In this document: piece after piece, positions 1-12,199 of the stretch
Numbering within the stretch: position 1 is the first letter of the stretch
Layout: every line of letters begins with the position of its first letter
DNA from: Chiloscyllium plagiosum
Lineage: Eukaryota
NCBI RefSeq assembly: GCF_004010195.1
Contig: NC_057718.1
Span: 29,580,479-29,633,514 of the forward strand
Length of the DNA stretch: 53,036 nt
Direction: 5' to 3'
Program-made: the position numbers and the translations under genes
Notes under the pieces: generated by a model
Databases searched by the model: none
Told to the model about the DNA's origin: nothing
Seen by the model: only the letters and a program-made list of their open reading frames with translations

Positions 1-378
1 AAATACAGATATTTTGGCTATCCTAACAAGGGCTTTTATTTAATTGAGACTACAAACCTGGCTGGTCCGCGGCCCCTCGGGGGAGGAATCCCGCACGAAT
101 ACGGGTTTTATCATATCTGATGTTAACACATCCTGAGCATGTAAGAGACTTAAATATACACCCTGGTTAGTTGTAGGTTAGATTAGTAGATAGTTGAGTT
201 TTGTTTGTTTGTGTTTTTTTTTCTTTTCGTTTTTTTTGTTGTTTTGTTTTTTTTGTCAAATTTTGGTTATTGTATATTTGAGCTAATTGTATATCAATGT
301 TTATATCTGAGAGTTTTGTTTATTTTTGTAAACTTGTAAAAATGTTAAATTTCTAATAAAAATATCTATAAAAAAAAA
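1..378 (+). mobile_element. 3' end of an L1-like LINE (T-rich 3' UTR, AATAAA, A tail)
   Basis: GT/T-rich tract 197-350, AATAAA at 355-360, A-run at about 370-378. Family assigned from architecture only. Confidence 0.5.
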
Positions 379-1261
379 CAATGGACACCTGAGCTGACCT
401 CAGCATGGTTCTGCTATTTTGGGGTTTCTGTTGACCATCCATTGATAGTTGGAAAGGACGTACATCAATATTAACCAAGTCCAGATTCAGACACAACTCT
501 GGGGTTTCCAAAGCCAGCTGAAGGTGTGCAAGCTCATACACAAACAAACATCATTTGAATCACCAACACATGAAAGCCACTGGTACTTACAGTACTGTAT
601 TTCAATAAAAGCCAAAAGACGATGTCAATGTGAGCCTAGTCACAGTGTTTAATATGTTCCAAAGGAGTGGAAGATGCCCTTCCATATCTTTTCATTAAAG
701 TTGATGCAGACTTTGTGTCTTATAAGACTTATAAGAGAACATTTTTTTACTCATGGCACCAAAGTCCAACACACGTGGTAGCTCAACTACATAATGAAGA
801 TGCATTAAAAACAATACAATCAGAATGGAAATTTCAGGACTATACATGCTGTTTTACTGTTCCAATTGACTTCAATCTGAAAATAGAGCTCCTTTTCTTA
901 GTTTATTTACATTAGTTGCTTTTTCCACTTTTCTATGAGAATTTGACGCACACGGCAGGTGAACTCGACTGATTTGGGACAAGATACAATTTTTATGCTC
1001 TACTACATTCAAACACATTACAGAAACTATTGTGCCATGGGCATAACAAAAACATTCTAAGAAACCTTCAGTTTTCATGAAAGATTTTGGATTAACTTTT
1101 CCAAGTAGACAGCAAAACGTTTTTCCAATGTTATGTTGTGCAAACCATTCAGTTTTTGCTTGATGTCTGCCACAATCACTTTTATCAGAAGTATCTCTGT
1201 GGCAGCCTTCCGACTATTAACCCCCAGTGTGGTTTCCGAACCGGACGATCTGCAGCTGACA

Positions 1262-1427
1262 GTCATAGTACATCATGGAAACAGACCCTTCAGTCCAACA
1301 CATCCATGCCGACCAGATACCCTAAATTAATCTAGTCCCATTTGCCAACATTTAGCCCACATCCCTCAAAACCATTCCTATTCATGTATCCATCCAGATG
1401 CCTTTTAAATGTTGTACTTGTACCAGC
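1262..1427 (-). mobile_element. CR1 LINE 3' end fragment
   Basis: Reverse complement matches the 3' end of the CR1 copy at 8750-8927. Confidence 0.8.
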
Positions 1428-1759
1428 TCACTCAACAGGAAAAAAATCTATTTTTCAACACCGAACAGGTCTGGCAGCACCTGTAGAGAGAGAAAAGCAA
1501 AGTTCTTTCTCTCTCTCTCCACATAAATGGTCAAACATGGTGAGTTTCTACACAAGTTGCTTTTTACCTCTGATTTCCAGCATTTACAGTACTTTGCTTT
1601 TATGAGTGCTTAATTCACTGCCATTTTTCTTCTAGGTATGCCCATCTCAATGTTCCACTTGTCTCCAATAGGCTTTCCATTTAAATCTTTCAACTCTCCT
1701 TGATAAATACATACCTGTCAGAGGAAGTGGTCAAGTGAGGGAGCGTGGTTTATTAAAGA

Positions 1760-3838
1760 AGTTAAATCTCTTGTCAACAGGCTTAAGTCAGGATGAGACG
1801 TGAAGGCCCAGCTAGGACTCTTGAGAGTTCCCAGTTAGCCAGGAAAGACCGAAAGAGAGAGCTGAGAAGAGCCAGGAAGGGGTTGAAAATGTGTTGCTGG
1901 AAAAGCGCAGCAGGTCAGGCAGCATCCAGGGAACAGGAGACGATGGATTTGACTGAAACAATGTGGGGGAGGGGAAATGAGGAAACTGGTGAAATCCGAG
2001 TTCATCCCTTGTGGTTGGAGGGTTCCTAAGCGGAAGATGAGGCGCTCTTCCTCCAACCGTCGTGTTGTTGTGGTCTGGCGAAGAGCCAGGAAGGGACATG
2101 AGAAGTTGTTGGCAGATAGGGTCAAGGAAAACCCTCAAGCTTTCTATTGGTACATCAGGAATAAAAGAATGACTAGAGAAAGGTTAGGGTCAATCAAGGA
2201 TAGTAGTGGGAAGCTGTGCGTGGAGTCCGAGGAGATAGGAGAAGCGCTAAGTGAATATTTTTCATTGGTATCCACAGTGGAAAAAGACAATGTTGTCAAG
2301 GACAATACTGAGATACAGGCTACTCGACCAGATGGAATTGAGGTTCACAAGTAGGAGGTGTTAGCAATTCTGGAAAGTGAGAAAATAGATAAGCACTCTG
2401 GGCCAGATGGGATTGACCCTAGAATTCTCTGGGAAGACGGGAGAAATCACAGAGTCTTTGGCTTTGATCTTTGTCAATATTGTCTACAGGAATAGTGCCA
2501 GAAGACTGGAGGATAGCAAATGTTGTCCCTTGTTCAAGAAGGGGAGTAGAGACAACCCTGATAATTATAGACCAGTGAGCCTTACTTCGGTTGTGGGCAA
2601 AATGTTGGAAAAGTTTATAAGAGATAGGATTTATAATCACCTGGAGAGGAATAAGTTGATTAGGGATAGTCAACACGGTTTTGTGAAGGGTATTTCGTGC
2701 CTCACAAACCTTATTGAGTTCTTGGAGATGGTGACGAAACAGGTGGATGAGGGCAAAGAGGTTGATGTGGTGTATATGGATTTCAGTAAGGCATTTGATA
2801 AGGCTCTCCACAGTAGGCTATTGCACAAAGTAGAGAGGCATGGGATTGAGGGTGATTTAATGGTTTAAATCAAAGATTGGCTAGCTGAAAGACGACAGAG
2901 GGCCATGTTTGATGGGAAATGTTCATCCTGGAATTCAGGTACAAGTGATGTATCACAAGGATCTGTTTTGGGGCCACTGCTGTTTGTCACTTTTATAAAT
3001 GACCTAAATGAGGGCATAGAAAGATGGATGTGTAAATTTGCGGATGACATTAAGATCAGTTGAGTTGTGGATAGTACTGAAGGATGTTGCAGGTTACAGA
3101 GGGACATAGATAAGCTGCAGAGCTGGGCTGAGAGGTAGCAAGTGAGTTAAATGTGGACAAGTGTAAAGTGATTCACTTTGGAAGGAGCAACAGTAATAAG
3201 GAATACTGGGCTACTAGTGAGATCCTTGGTAGTGTAAATGAGCAGAGAAAGCTCGGTGTGCACATATATAAATCACTGAATGTTGCCACCCAGGTTGATG
3301 GGGTTATTAAAAAGGCCGCACTTGGAGTATTGCACACAGTTCTGGTCACCATATTATAGGAAGGATGTGGAAGCTTTGGAAAGGGTGCAGAGGAGATTTA
3401 CTAGGATGTTGCCCGGTATGGAGGCAAAGTCTTATGAGGTAAGGCTGAGGGACTTGAGGCTATGTTCGTTAGAGAAGGAGGTTGAGAGGTGACTTAATTG
3501 AGACATATAAAATCATCAGAGGGTTAGATAAGGTGGACAGTGAGAGCCTTTTCCCTCGGATGGCAATGGCTAGCACAAGGGGACATAGTTTTAAATTGAG
3601 GAGTGATAGATAAAGGACAGATGTCAGAGGTAGTTTCTTTACTCAGAATAGTAAGGGGCATGGAATGCCCTGCCAGCAACAGTTACAGGCTAGCCTACTT
3701 TAAAGGGCATTTAAATGGTCACTGGATAAACATATGGATGAAAATGGAATAGTGTAGGATAGATAGGCTTCAGATTGGATCCAAAGGTCAGCGCAACAGA
3801 GGGCCGAAGGGCCTGTACTGCACTGTAATGTTCTACGG
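1760..3838 (+). mobile_element. 5'-truncated, decayed CR1 LINE (ORF2 RT), interrupted by a PLE fragment
   Basis: ORF fragments PLFKKG..NYRPVSLTS, SQHGF, VYMDFSKAFDK, KFADD, LERVQRRFTRM; CR1-type 3' tail; many stops and frameshifts. Confidence 0.92.
1882..2079 (-). mobile_element. Penelope-like element fragment inserted in CR1
   Basis: Encodes RRLEEERLIFRLGTLQPQGMN (PLE GIY-YIG C-terminus) plus terminal sequence. 16-bp TSD GAAGAGCCAGGAAGGG at 1866-1881 and 2080-2095. Confidence 0.88.
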
Positions 3839-5221
3839 TCACTCTCCACAGATGCTAACAGACCCATGTTTCTCCAGCATTTTCTGAATTTTAAATTTCT
3901 AACATCCACAGTATTTTGCTTTTATCTCAACACCAAACACAATCAAATTTTTGTCTAGCCATAACTACAATAATTTTATCCCTTGATATATGTATCTTAA
4001 ACATGTCTCCTGTGCAAGTAGTATTTCAGTATTGAATTATTCATATATTTCCTGTCATAAGCCTTTTCAGTGTAATCTTAAACTGGCAGTTGAAACAATT
4101 GAGTTTATCCAAAAGTCTTTCTTACTCATCAGGAATCCAATTTAAAATGAATCCACTTTTGGAAGGCATTTACTTCATCTTTACAATACATAACTTAATA
4201 TTTGTATGTCACTGTCAATAACAGAGGCATTCCTGTAGACTGTCAAATTTAAAACTTATCATTATTCAGCAACGCAGAATTACATTCCTACCGCACATCA
4301 CGAGGAAAAGAACGATGAAAGATTGGCTCATGACTTTCGAGTGAGAAGATTAAGTGAGAGGGATGGAAATCTAAGGGTAAGAAATACAGCAAAGCTCAAT
4401 TTGTTAAAATCATGCATTGAGTGCCTTTATATATCAAAGGGCTGCCTGAAGTAAAGTCACACTTTCCCTAATCTTTTGCATTCAACTTGGATCAAAAGGC
4501 TTTTATTACATGGAAGACACAATTGATTTGACACTACTGTCAAGTGCTTCTAACAGCACTTCACTGTACTGATGGCTGGAGACTGAACAGTACAGTGAAT
4601 GGAGCAAAGATCAAATGTTGCTGATCTGGATAGAGTAAAGATTAATGATGGATAAAACATGGTCATATGATGAGCTAGGATTACCCACCTAATTGCAGGA
4701 CTATCGAACAATAATAGAAGGAATCTCAGGTCCACAAACAGCTGTGGTTGATCATTAATGGTATATTTCTTTCCAGACCTGCACAAAGTTTTGAACTGAA
4801 TTTTCAACTTAAACATCTGATCCAAAGATTTGAATGTCATATCACAATGCAGCTTGAACTGTGTCAGATTACCTCATATTAAGGCCACAATCAAGTTTTA
4901 CTTAGCTACTTAATCTAGGTGCTCATCCAGATAACAGGCTTTAATAAAACAACATGTCCTCTCTAAAGTCAGCTGTCCTTCCAACTCACTTTTTGTTACA
5001 AATCCATCTATTAGCTCAATCCTTCCATTAAATAGTGTATTGAAGATGAAACAGAAATTGCTCCAACATATGTACAACAGACCATAAACATCATCTGCAA
5101 TGTAACTTTTTGCAAAAGGCTTTCAGTTCTTCCACAACATGGCCCATTAGGACTGCATCCAGACTGAAATTGGCATCCAAGATTTCCAGATACGTACATG
5201 AATCAAAATTGGTCAAATCCA

Positions 5222-5252
5222 CTGAAGAAGGGCTTATGCCCGAAACGTCGAT
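5222..5252 (+). ncRNA. Minimal type I hammerhead ribozyme motif (family A)
   Basis: CTGAAGA-A-GGGC ttat GCCC-GAAA-CGTC: intact core, stem II hairpin, palindromic ACGT stem III, predicted cleavage after C5249. Activity untested; stem I weak. Confidence 0.75.
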
Positions 5253-5346
5253 TCTCCTGTTCCTTGGATGCTGCCTGACCTGCTGCGCTTTTCCAGCAAC
5301 ACATTTTCAGCTCTGCTCTCCAGCATCTGCAGCCCTCACTTTCTCC
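5224..5346 (+). mobile_element. Short PLE terminal insert (family A) with hammerhead motif
   Basis: Same terminus as the GIY-YIG-coding PLEs at 22044-22645 and 27088-28780. TSD TCAAATCCACT at 5213-5223 and 5347-5357. Confidence 0.85.
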
Positions 5347-5577
5347 TCAAATCCACTTAAACCTTGAATTGCTAACTTTAGGATTTGCTTACACTTGGAT
5401 ACAATTCTTGGAATATGATTAACCCAGCAATGTTCATTAAAAATGGAGATTTCTTCAAATCTATGCAAACCATTAGCCCAAGTTGGAGTGAGAAAGTACA
5501 GTTGGAGATAGGGTAAAAAGAACCAACCGAGAGAACAAAGGAGCAGAGGAGGAGGAAGAGGGCAATTGTAAGTAGCA

Positions 5578-5704
5578 AGATTAAGGGCTTTTGCCCGAAA
5601 CATAGATTTTCCCTTCCTCAGATGCTGCCTGACCTGCTGTGCTTTTCCAGCACCACTCTAATCTTGGCTCTGATCTCCAGCATCTGCAGTCCTCACTTTC
5701 CCCT
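5578..5704 (+). mobile_element. Short PLE terminal insert (family A), degenerate hammerhead
   Basis: GGGC tttt GCCC GAAA followed by the PLE tail. 14-bp TSD AATTGTAAGTAGCA at 5564-5577 and 5705-5718. Confidence 0.85.
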
Positions 5705-6059
5705 AATTGTAAGTAGCATCCAGGGTGGGAAAGAGGCCAAGAGACATAATGGGTGGGACAATAAGGAACAGAATGGCGCAACTAGAGTGTGTGTTGGACA
5801 GTAACAAAAACCTAAAAGAGCTCATTGGGCAATACCATGTGTGGTGGCCTAATCCAGGAAGATAAGGAAAGGCGACAGGAAAGTTGGAAGATTACAGATT
5901 TCCAAAGTGCTGGGGTACGCACAAGGACTAAAATGAATGATCATAAAACCTACCTGATAGATCGGAGCACAATGGAAGATGAAATACGTTAATTTTGAAT
6001 GTTTACAATCCCTGCCCCAGCCCACACCCCCTCAGCACATGGACCTCAAGGTCAGGAAG

Positions 6060-6440
6060 GCTGTCACGTGTAGAAGCGACCAGATTCCTCACTGTCACAG
6101 ACGTTTATTTTGAAAAAGAGCATTCTTCCACTCTCCTTTTCACCAGAAAATTTTGATTTTGAAGAAATAAAAGAAAGCGGCGGCGCGATGGCTCAGAGTG
6201 AATTCAAAAGATCCTCTCCGAATTTAGCACTCACCTGGACCAACCACCACAGGGACCAGGAGGAGCGACGCCGTTCCCGAGCTGCGTGTACCTCGCGTGG
6301 CCGAAGCCGGAGGGCAGGCTGCGGGTCACCGGCAATCGCTTGACAAGACGAACCGACCTTAGGAGCGCCGCCATGTTACCAAGAGGGGAAGGGGGAGAAG
6401 GTGGAAGAGCACGTGACTGTACAAAGGTCACAGACACAGA
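6060..6440 (-). promoter_or_regulatory. CpG-rich promoter / first-exon region with YY1 and E-box motifs
   Basis: CCGCCATGTT (YY1 consensus CCGCCATNTT) at 6368-6377 overlapping the ATG; CACGTGAC at 6410-6417; GTCACGTG at 6063-6070. Confidence 0.55.
6235..6374 (-). CDS. LRPPRC: First coding exon of a nuclear-encoded mitochondrial protein, probably LRPPRC
   Basis: AACATGGCG Kozak context; peptide MAALLRSVRLVKRLPVTRSLPSGFGHARYTQLGNGVAPPGPCGGWS(R) is Arg-rich and acid-free; AG/GTGAGT donor, phase 2; the clearest non-repeat CpG-rich patch in the window. Vertebrate LRPPRC begins MAALLRSAR (recalled). Exon 2 not found in the window, so the gene name rests on a short match. Confidence 0.62.
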
Positions 6441-6904
6441 TTAAACTGCAATGGGGGAGGACATATCGTGTCACTACCTTGTAATTTCGAACAGCAACAT
6501 TTCAACTTTTAAGATTTTAATTTTAACATAATAATATATTGTATATTATAATTAGAACATTTGCTATCATGTTACTGTAGCTTTAAAATTACTATCATTG
6601 CGTTTTATAAGATTGCCCCCCCCCATACCACAGCTGGTAGAGTCCAACAGGATGGCGGACTGAAAGCTTTCCCCGAGTTGTCCGGATGCGGTCCTTCTTT
6701 CTTTGCAGGAGCACAGTGTACACCAACTAACTGTAACCATAGGAACTGGCCTCTTTGTGCAGATGCTTTATTTATGTGATGGAATTCGGATCTTTTAAAA
6801 GAATAAAAACCCACCAGTCACTAACCCAATTCCATAAATCCAACTTTCAGCATCTAAAATTAAAAATTATACATATAAATCCATCAGTTTTTCACATATA
6901 AATG

Positions 6905-8927
6905 TAAAATAATGATGGAAAAGGATAGACCAGATCTTAAAGTTGAAGTTCTAAATTGGAGAAAGGCCAATTTTGACGGTATTAGGCAAGAACTTTCGAA
7001 AGCTGATTGGAGGCAGATGTTCACAGGTAAAGGGACAGCTGGAAAATGGGAAGCCTTCGGGAATGAGATAACAAGAGTCCAGAGAAAGTATATTCCTGTC
7101 AGAGTGAAAGGAAAAGCTGGTAGGTATAGGGAATGCTGAATGACTAAAGAAATTGAGGGTTTGGTTAAGAAAAAGAAGGAAGCATATGTCAGGTATAGAC
7201 AGGATAGATCGAGTGAATCCTTAGAAGAGTATAAAGGCAGTAGGAGTATACTTAAGAGGGAAATCAGGAGGGCAAAACGGGGACATGAGATAGCTTTGGC
7301 AAATAGAATTAAGGGAGGAAGTGCTGGATGTCCTGGAATGGGTAAAGGTGGACAAATTCCCAGGACTTGATCAGATGTATCCTAGAACTCTGTGGGAAGC
7401 TATATAAGTGATTGCTGGGTCTCTTGCTGAGACATTTGTATCATCGATAGTCATAGGTGAGGTGCCGGAAGACTGGAGGTTGGCTAACATGGTGCCACTG
7501 TTTAAGAAAGGTGGTAAGGACAAGCCAGGGAACTATAGACCAGTGAGCCTGACGTCGGTGGTGGGCACGTTTTTGGAGGGAATCCTGAGAGACAGGATGT
7601 ACATGTATTTGGAAAGGAAAGGACTGATTAGGGATAGTCAACATGGCTTTGTGAGTGGGAAATCATGTCCACAAACTTGATTGAAATATTGAGGAAGTAA
7701 CAAAGAGGATTGATGAGAGCAGAGCAATAGATGTGATCTATATGGACTTCAGTAAGGCGTTCGACAAGGTTCCCCATGGGAGACTGGATTGGAAAGGTTA
7801 GATCTCATGGAATACAGGGAGAACTAGCCATTTGGATACAGAATTGGCTCAAAGGTAGAAGACAGAGGGTGGTGGTGGAGGGTTGTTTTTCAGACTGGAG
7901 GCCTGTGACCAGTGGAGTGCCACAAGGATCGGTGCTGGGTCCTCTACTTTTTGACATTTACATAAATGATTTGGATGCGAGCATAAGAAGTACAGTTAGT
8001 AAGTTTGCAGATGACACCAAAATTGGAGGTGTAGTGGACAGTGAAGAGGGTTACCTCAGATTACAACAGGATCTTGACCAGATGGGCCAATGGGCTGAGA
8101 AGTGGCAGATGGCGTTTAATTCACATAAATGCGAGGTGCTGCATTTTGGGAAAGTACATTTTAGCAGGACTTATACACTTAATGGTAAGGTCCTAGGGAG
8201 CATTGCTGAACAAAGAGGCCTCGGAGTGCAGGTTCACAGCTCCTTGAAAGTGGAGTTATAGGTAGATAGGATAGTGAAGAAGACGTTTGGTATGCTTTCC
8301 TTTATTGGTCAGAGTATTGAGTACAGGAGTTGGGAGGTTATGTTGCGGCTGTACAGGACATTGGTTAGGCCACTGTTGGAATATTGCGTGCAATTCTGGT
8401 CTCTTTCCTATTGGAAAGATGTTGTGAAACTTGAAAGGGTTCAGAAAAGATTTACAATGATGTTGCCAGGGTTGGAGGATTTGAGCTATAGGGAGAGGCT
8501 GAACAGGCTGGGGCTGTTTTCCCTGGAGCTTTCGAAATCTGAGGGGTGACCTTATAGAGGTTTACAAAATTATATGGGGCATGGATAGGGTAAATAGACA
8601 AAGTCTTTTCCCTGGGTTCAGCGAGTCCAGAACTAGAGGGCATAGGTTTAGGGTGAGAGGGGAAAGATATAAAAGAGACCTAAGAGGCAACATTTTCACA
8701 CGGAGGGTGGTACGTGTATGAAATGAGCTGCCAGAGGATGTGGTGGAGGCTGGTACAATTGCAACATTTAAGAGGCATTTGGATGGGCATATGAATAAGA
8801 AGGGTTTGGAGGGATATGGGCCAGGTGCTGGCAGGTGGGACTAGATTGGGTTGGGATATCTGGTTGGCGTGGACAGGTTGGACTGAAGGGTCTGTTTCCA
8901 TGCTGTACATCTCTATGACTCTATGAC
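6905..8927 (+). mobile_element. 5'-truncated CR1 LINE, relatively young, internally deleted near 7315
   Basis: RT motifs NYRPVSLTS, SQHGF, GVPQGSVLGPLLF, KFADDTK, RPLLEYCVQFWS; ends in CTCTATGA-CTCTATGA microsatellite tail. Confidence 0.95.
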
Positions 8928-8929
8928 AT

Positions 8930-10550
8930 TCCTCAAAAAAAAAAGATTTGTCAGATGGGATCTTTCCTTAACATTCATGCTGACTGTATTTATTCATCAG
9001 AACTTCTAAAGTGACAATTAACACAGCACTTCAGAACTTTTTAAAGGAATTTGCTCATCACCAAGGTCAGCTTGACTGCAATGTCATTATTTACTCTATC
9101 CCTCATTAAACTATAGTCCAGTGTCATTGGTTCCTCAGCAATCTGACATCCAGCAGCAGCTGACAAGAGAGGATTAGAAAATCATGGTCATCAAGTCTAT
9201 TTTATATTCCCTTACTTCTCTTAACCACCTGAGGTACATAACATCGTCACCTAGTGATTGCCCAATATTTAAAGATTTCAAATCACTTAGGTTTTGTTTT
9301 TTCCACAATACTATCCCAAGCAATGTTTGATGCTCTTCCTTGTTAGCTACACTATTGGAATTGCTTCTCTCCTTTTGCAAAAAAAAGGTGCCAAATATTA
9401 TTCAGGAGCATACCCATGCTGTCTACCTCCACAGGTAAGAATCAGTATTATCTTAGTGAGTTTTTGAGAAGATTTGGAGCTCAGGTTGAGGTTCTGGATG
9501 TAGGTTTGCTCGCTGAGCTGGAAAGTTCATTTTCAGCTCAGCGAGCAAACCTACATCCAGAACGAGTATTATCTCTAATTGGCAAGTTATTTCCTTTGTT
9601 GTGCTCTTGCTCCTACATATTTATAAGATCTATTTAGGTTTTACTTGACACTATATGCTGATTTTTATTTTTGATACAATCTCTTTGCTTTCTTAATTTA
9701 CTTTATTATTTCACCACCTGAAGTTTTGATACTCCTCTTGGATTTCTGCAGCATTAAGCTCTCTGTATCTGATAGAAGCTCCTTTTATTTGCCTTATGAG
9801 GTACTGTATGCTCCTTGACATCCAGGGAATTCAGTTTTTGCAACACCCATAAATTCTCTTTGTCGGAAAATGTTTGTGCTGAACTGTCACTGTCTCCTCC
9901 TTAAATGTCCCCCATTCCTTTGACCCTGATTTGCCTTCATGTATCTTATAGTCGGTTTTTGCTAATCTTATCTCAGCTTGGTAAAACTGGACTTTCCCAA
10001 TTGAGAATTTTGTCTCTTGGCCTTTTATGTGTCCTTTTTAATGACTGTCTTAAATCGAGTTTGATTATGATCGCCACTAAAATGCTATTCCAGTTTCAAT
10101 CCCAATAGCTAAATCTAGAATTGAATCTCTTTGATTTATGATTGACTGACTCGTTAAAAAAGTTCTTAAGTTATTTTAAGAACTTGTTCCCTCTGTAGCT
10201 TTTTTACACTAATGCAACCCCAGTTAATAATCGGGTTGTTGAAATCCCCTATAATTATTTATTGCTTCTGCGCTTTTCAGAAATTTGCCAATATGTTTGA
10301 TCTCCATCTTCTGACTGTATGGGGACTACAGTGTACTCATAACAATATGGTTGCTTCTTTAATTTTCTTCTTTTCAATTCATATGGACTCATTTGTTGAT
10401 TCACCTAGAATATCATACCTCTTCAGAGTCATAACAGCTTCTTTAATCAACATTGTAATCTCTTTTTTTTTGGACCTATTTCTATTTCATATGAAAACCC
10501 TGTACCAGGAATGTTCAAATGCCATTCCTGCCCTTCTTTAATCCACTTTT
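8930..10550 (-). mobile_element. Ancient, highly degraded CR1-like LINE (endonuclease to early RT)
   Basis: Minus strand shows IIGDFNNPIINW (APE GDFN motif, about 10222-10257) and an SQH-like RT remnant near 8960-8985. Probably continues at 6810-6900. Confidence 0.6.
9454..9564. mobile_element. Palindromic PLE terminal remnant (family C)
   Basis: About 30-bp perfect inverted arms GTTCTGGATGTAGGTTTGCTCGCTGAGCTG / CAGCTCAGCGAGCAAACCTACATCCAGAAC. TSD AGTATTATCT at 9444-9453 and 9565-9574. Confidence 0.8.
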
Positions 10551-10565
10551 CACTAACAGTTGTGG

Positions 10566-10652
10566 TTGATGAAGGGCTTATGCCCAAAACATCGATTCCC
10601 CTGCTCCTCAGACGCTGCCTAACCTGTGCTTTTTCAGCATCACACTCTTGAC
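10566..10652 (+). mobile_element. Short PLE terminal insert (family A), degenerate hammerhead
   Basis: TGATGAAGGGCTTATGCCCAAAACATCG followed by the family A tail. Confidence 0.75.
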
Positions 10653-10785
10653 TTGTTATTCTGTTGTTGATATTTGACTAACCCTATTTGTACTTATCTT
10701 TTGACGCTCTTATTTACCTGGAATTATTTTGCTCTTTGAGTATTGCATACAATTCTGGTCTCCCTGTCTGTGTGCCTCCCTCCAC

Positions 10786-10906
10786 TTCACCTGATCAAGG
10801 AGCAACACTCCAAAAGCCTGTGATTTTTAAATAGATCTGTTGAACTATAACCTGGTAATGTGTGACTTCTGACTTTGCCTACCCCTGTCCAACACCAACA
10901 TCTCCA
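10786..10906 (+). mobile_element. PLE terminal fragment (family B), degenerate hammerhead
   Basis: CACCTGATCAAGGAGCAACACTCCAAAAGCCTGTG and a tail homologous to 48788-48990. Confidence 0.7.
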
Positions 10907-11649
10907 CTTTACAGTATATTTATTTCGCAGAATGTCAGACATCTTACATCCACCCTGTCTACAATTCATAAATAATCCTGAGTGATCAGTGTATTACGGC
11001 CAGGTTTGCTGCTGGACTAATACTCAAATGTGAAAGAAGTTAGAAGGGCTGTCTGGAAGGTTTCTTCAATCTTACTGTGGATTTCTTTCATTTCTGCTGC
11101 TGATTGCCTGTGGTTCATCTCTTTCCATTTTCAGCAAAACAAGGCTACCTGAAAAGAAATTAGTTTTGACCCATTAGTGCATTGTTAAGAACTATTTCTC
11201 CTTCAATCTGACATGATATTCTATTAGACTAAATGCAAACCTATCTTTCTTACGGATTCATTCCCAGCACTCAACCCATCGAGTCCATGCCAGCTCACTC
11301 TGCAGCAATCTAATTAACTCTGCCTGATCCCTGCCAAATCATTTTATTCAGGTATAATATTGGCAAAATATGGACGAGCAACTTTTCAACTTCAGTCAGC
11401 TGACTTTAATACCTAAGACCTTCATGGACTAAAAAAAAGTTTTTAAAAAGGAAGAAACGTGGCCCTAAATCACTGCAACAATTACCTGACCATAGATGGA
11501 GTCATATTCTGGAAACCTATGTCAAATTAACTAAATGATCTGAATTGAAATTACCATCTATCTAAAGACTTTAAAACCAGTCAACTGAATCAAGTGTCAA
11601 GAAACTCACCTCTCCTGTTTCAGTTTACACTTGAGCATGTATTGGACAT

Positions 11650-12030
11650 CAGAGCATATGCATTAGAAGCAGAACTAGGCAATTAGACCCCATCAGTCTG
11701 CTTCACCATTTATTAAGATCAAGACTGATTTGTTTGGACTTTGAATTCTTCATTTCCATCTACTCATGAAAACTCACTCTGCCTTAAAGTACTCAATGGA
11801 ATACCTTCACTGCTTCTAAAGCAGTGAGTTCCAAAATTGCACAATCCTCCGAGAGAAAGAAAACCCTCTCAACTCTGTCCTGGAAGGGTGTCCTGAGTTT
11901 TAAACAATGGCCTTTGGTTTGGGTGTCCCTTACAATAAAATAAGAAGTAGGAGTAGGCAATTGACCCTTCAAACCTCGTCCTCCATTCAATAAGGTGATC
12001 TGCTGTAGGCCTCAATTCCTCTTTGAATTC
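11650..12030 (-). mobile_element. Old CR1 3' fragments
   Basis: Minus-strand TKGHCLKLR..F and FFLSE remnants of the CR1 ORF2 C-terminus plus tail-like sequence. Confidence 0.6.
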
Positions 12031-12199
12031 CTCAATTCCGGGAATGAGGGAGGTAAATAGGGAATCAGGGAATGATCTGAAATTTGAAACTGTTTTACTG
12101 ATGTGATGTTATGGGGAAGCCAAAAAACCATGAAGTACCGTTTCATGAATTTCAGTCCAAGTTCTCTTGTCAAAAGCTGCATTTTAAATGAGGCCTCTA

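Noticed and set aside
380..1260. Several 60-80 aa ORFs inside the putative intron
   Set aside because: No recognisable domain or exon boundaries; stops in all frames.
4550..5199. Minus-strand peptides TLCRSG and LLQKV resembling bits of LRPPRC exon 2
   Set aside because: They lie in separate ORFs about 300 bp apart, lack splice sites and lack the conserved FDWAL/SVRRTGRI block; likely chance.
6176..6197. GCGGCGGCGCGATGGCTCAG, tRNA A-box-like
   Set aside because: No B box or cloverleaf; at most a SINE head remnant.
9454..9564. MITE or pre-miRNA interpretation of the hairpins
   Set aside because: Arms are homologous to hammerhead-bearing termini at 28339-28687 and 30793-31015 and have long variable TSDs; better explained as PLE inversions.
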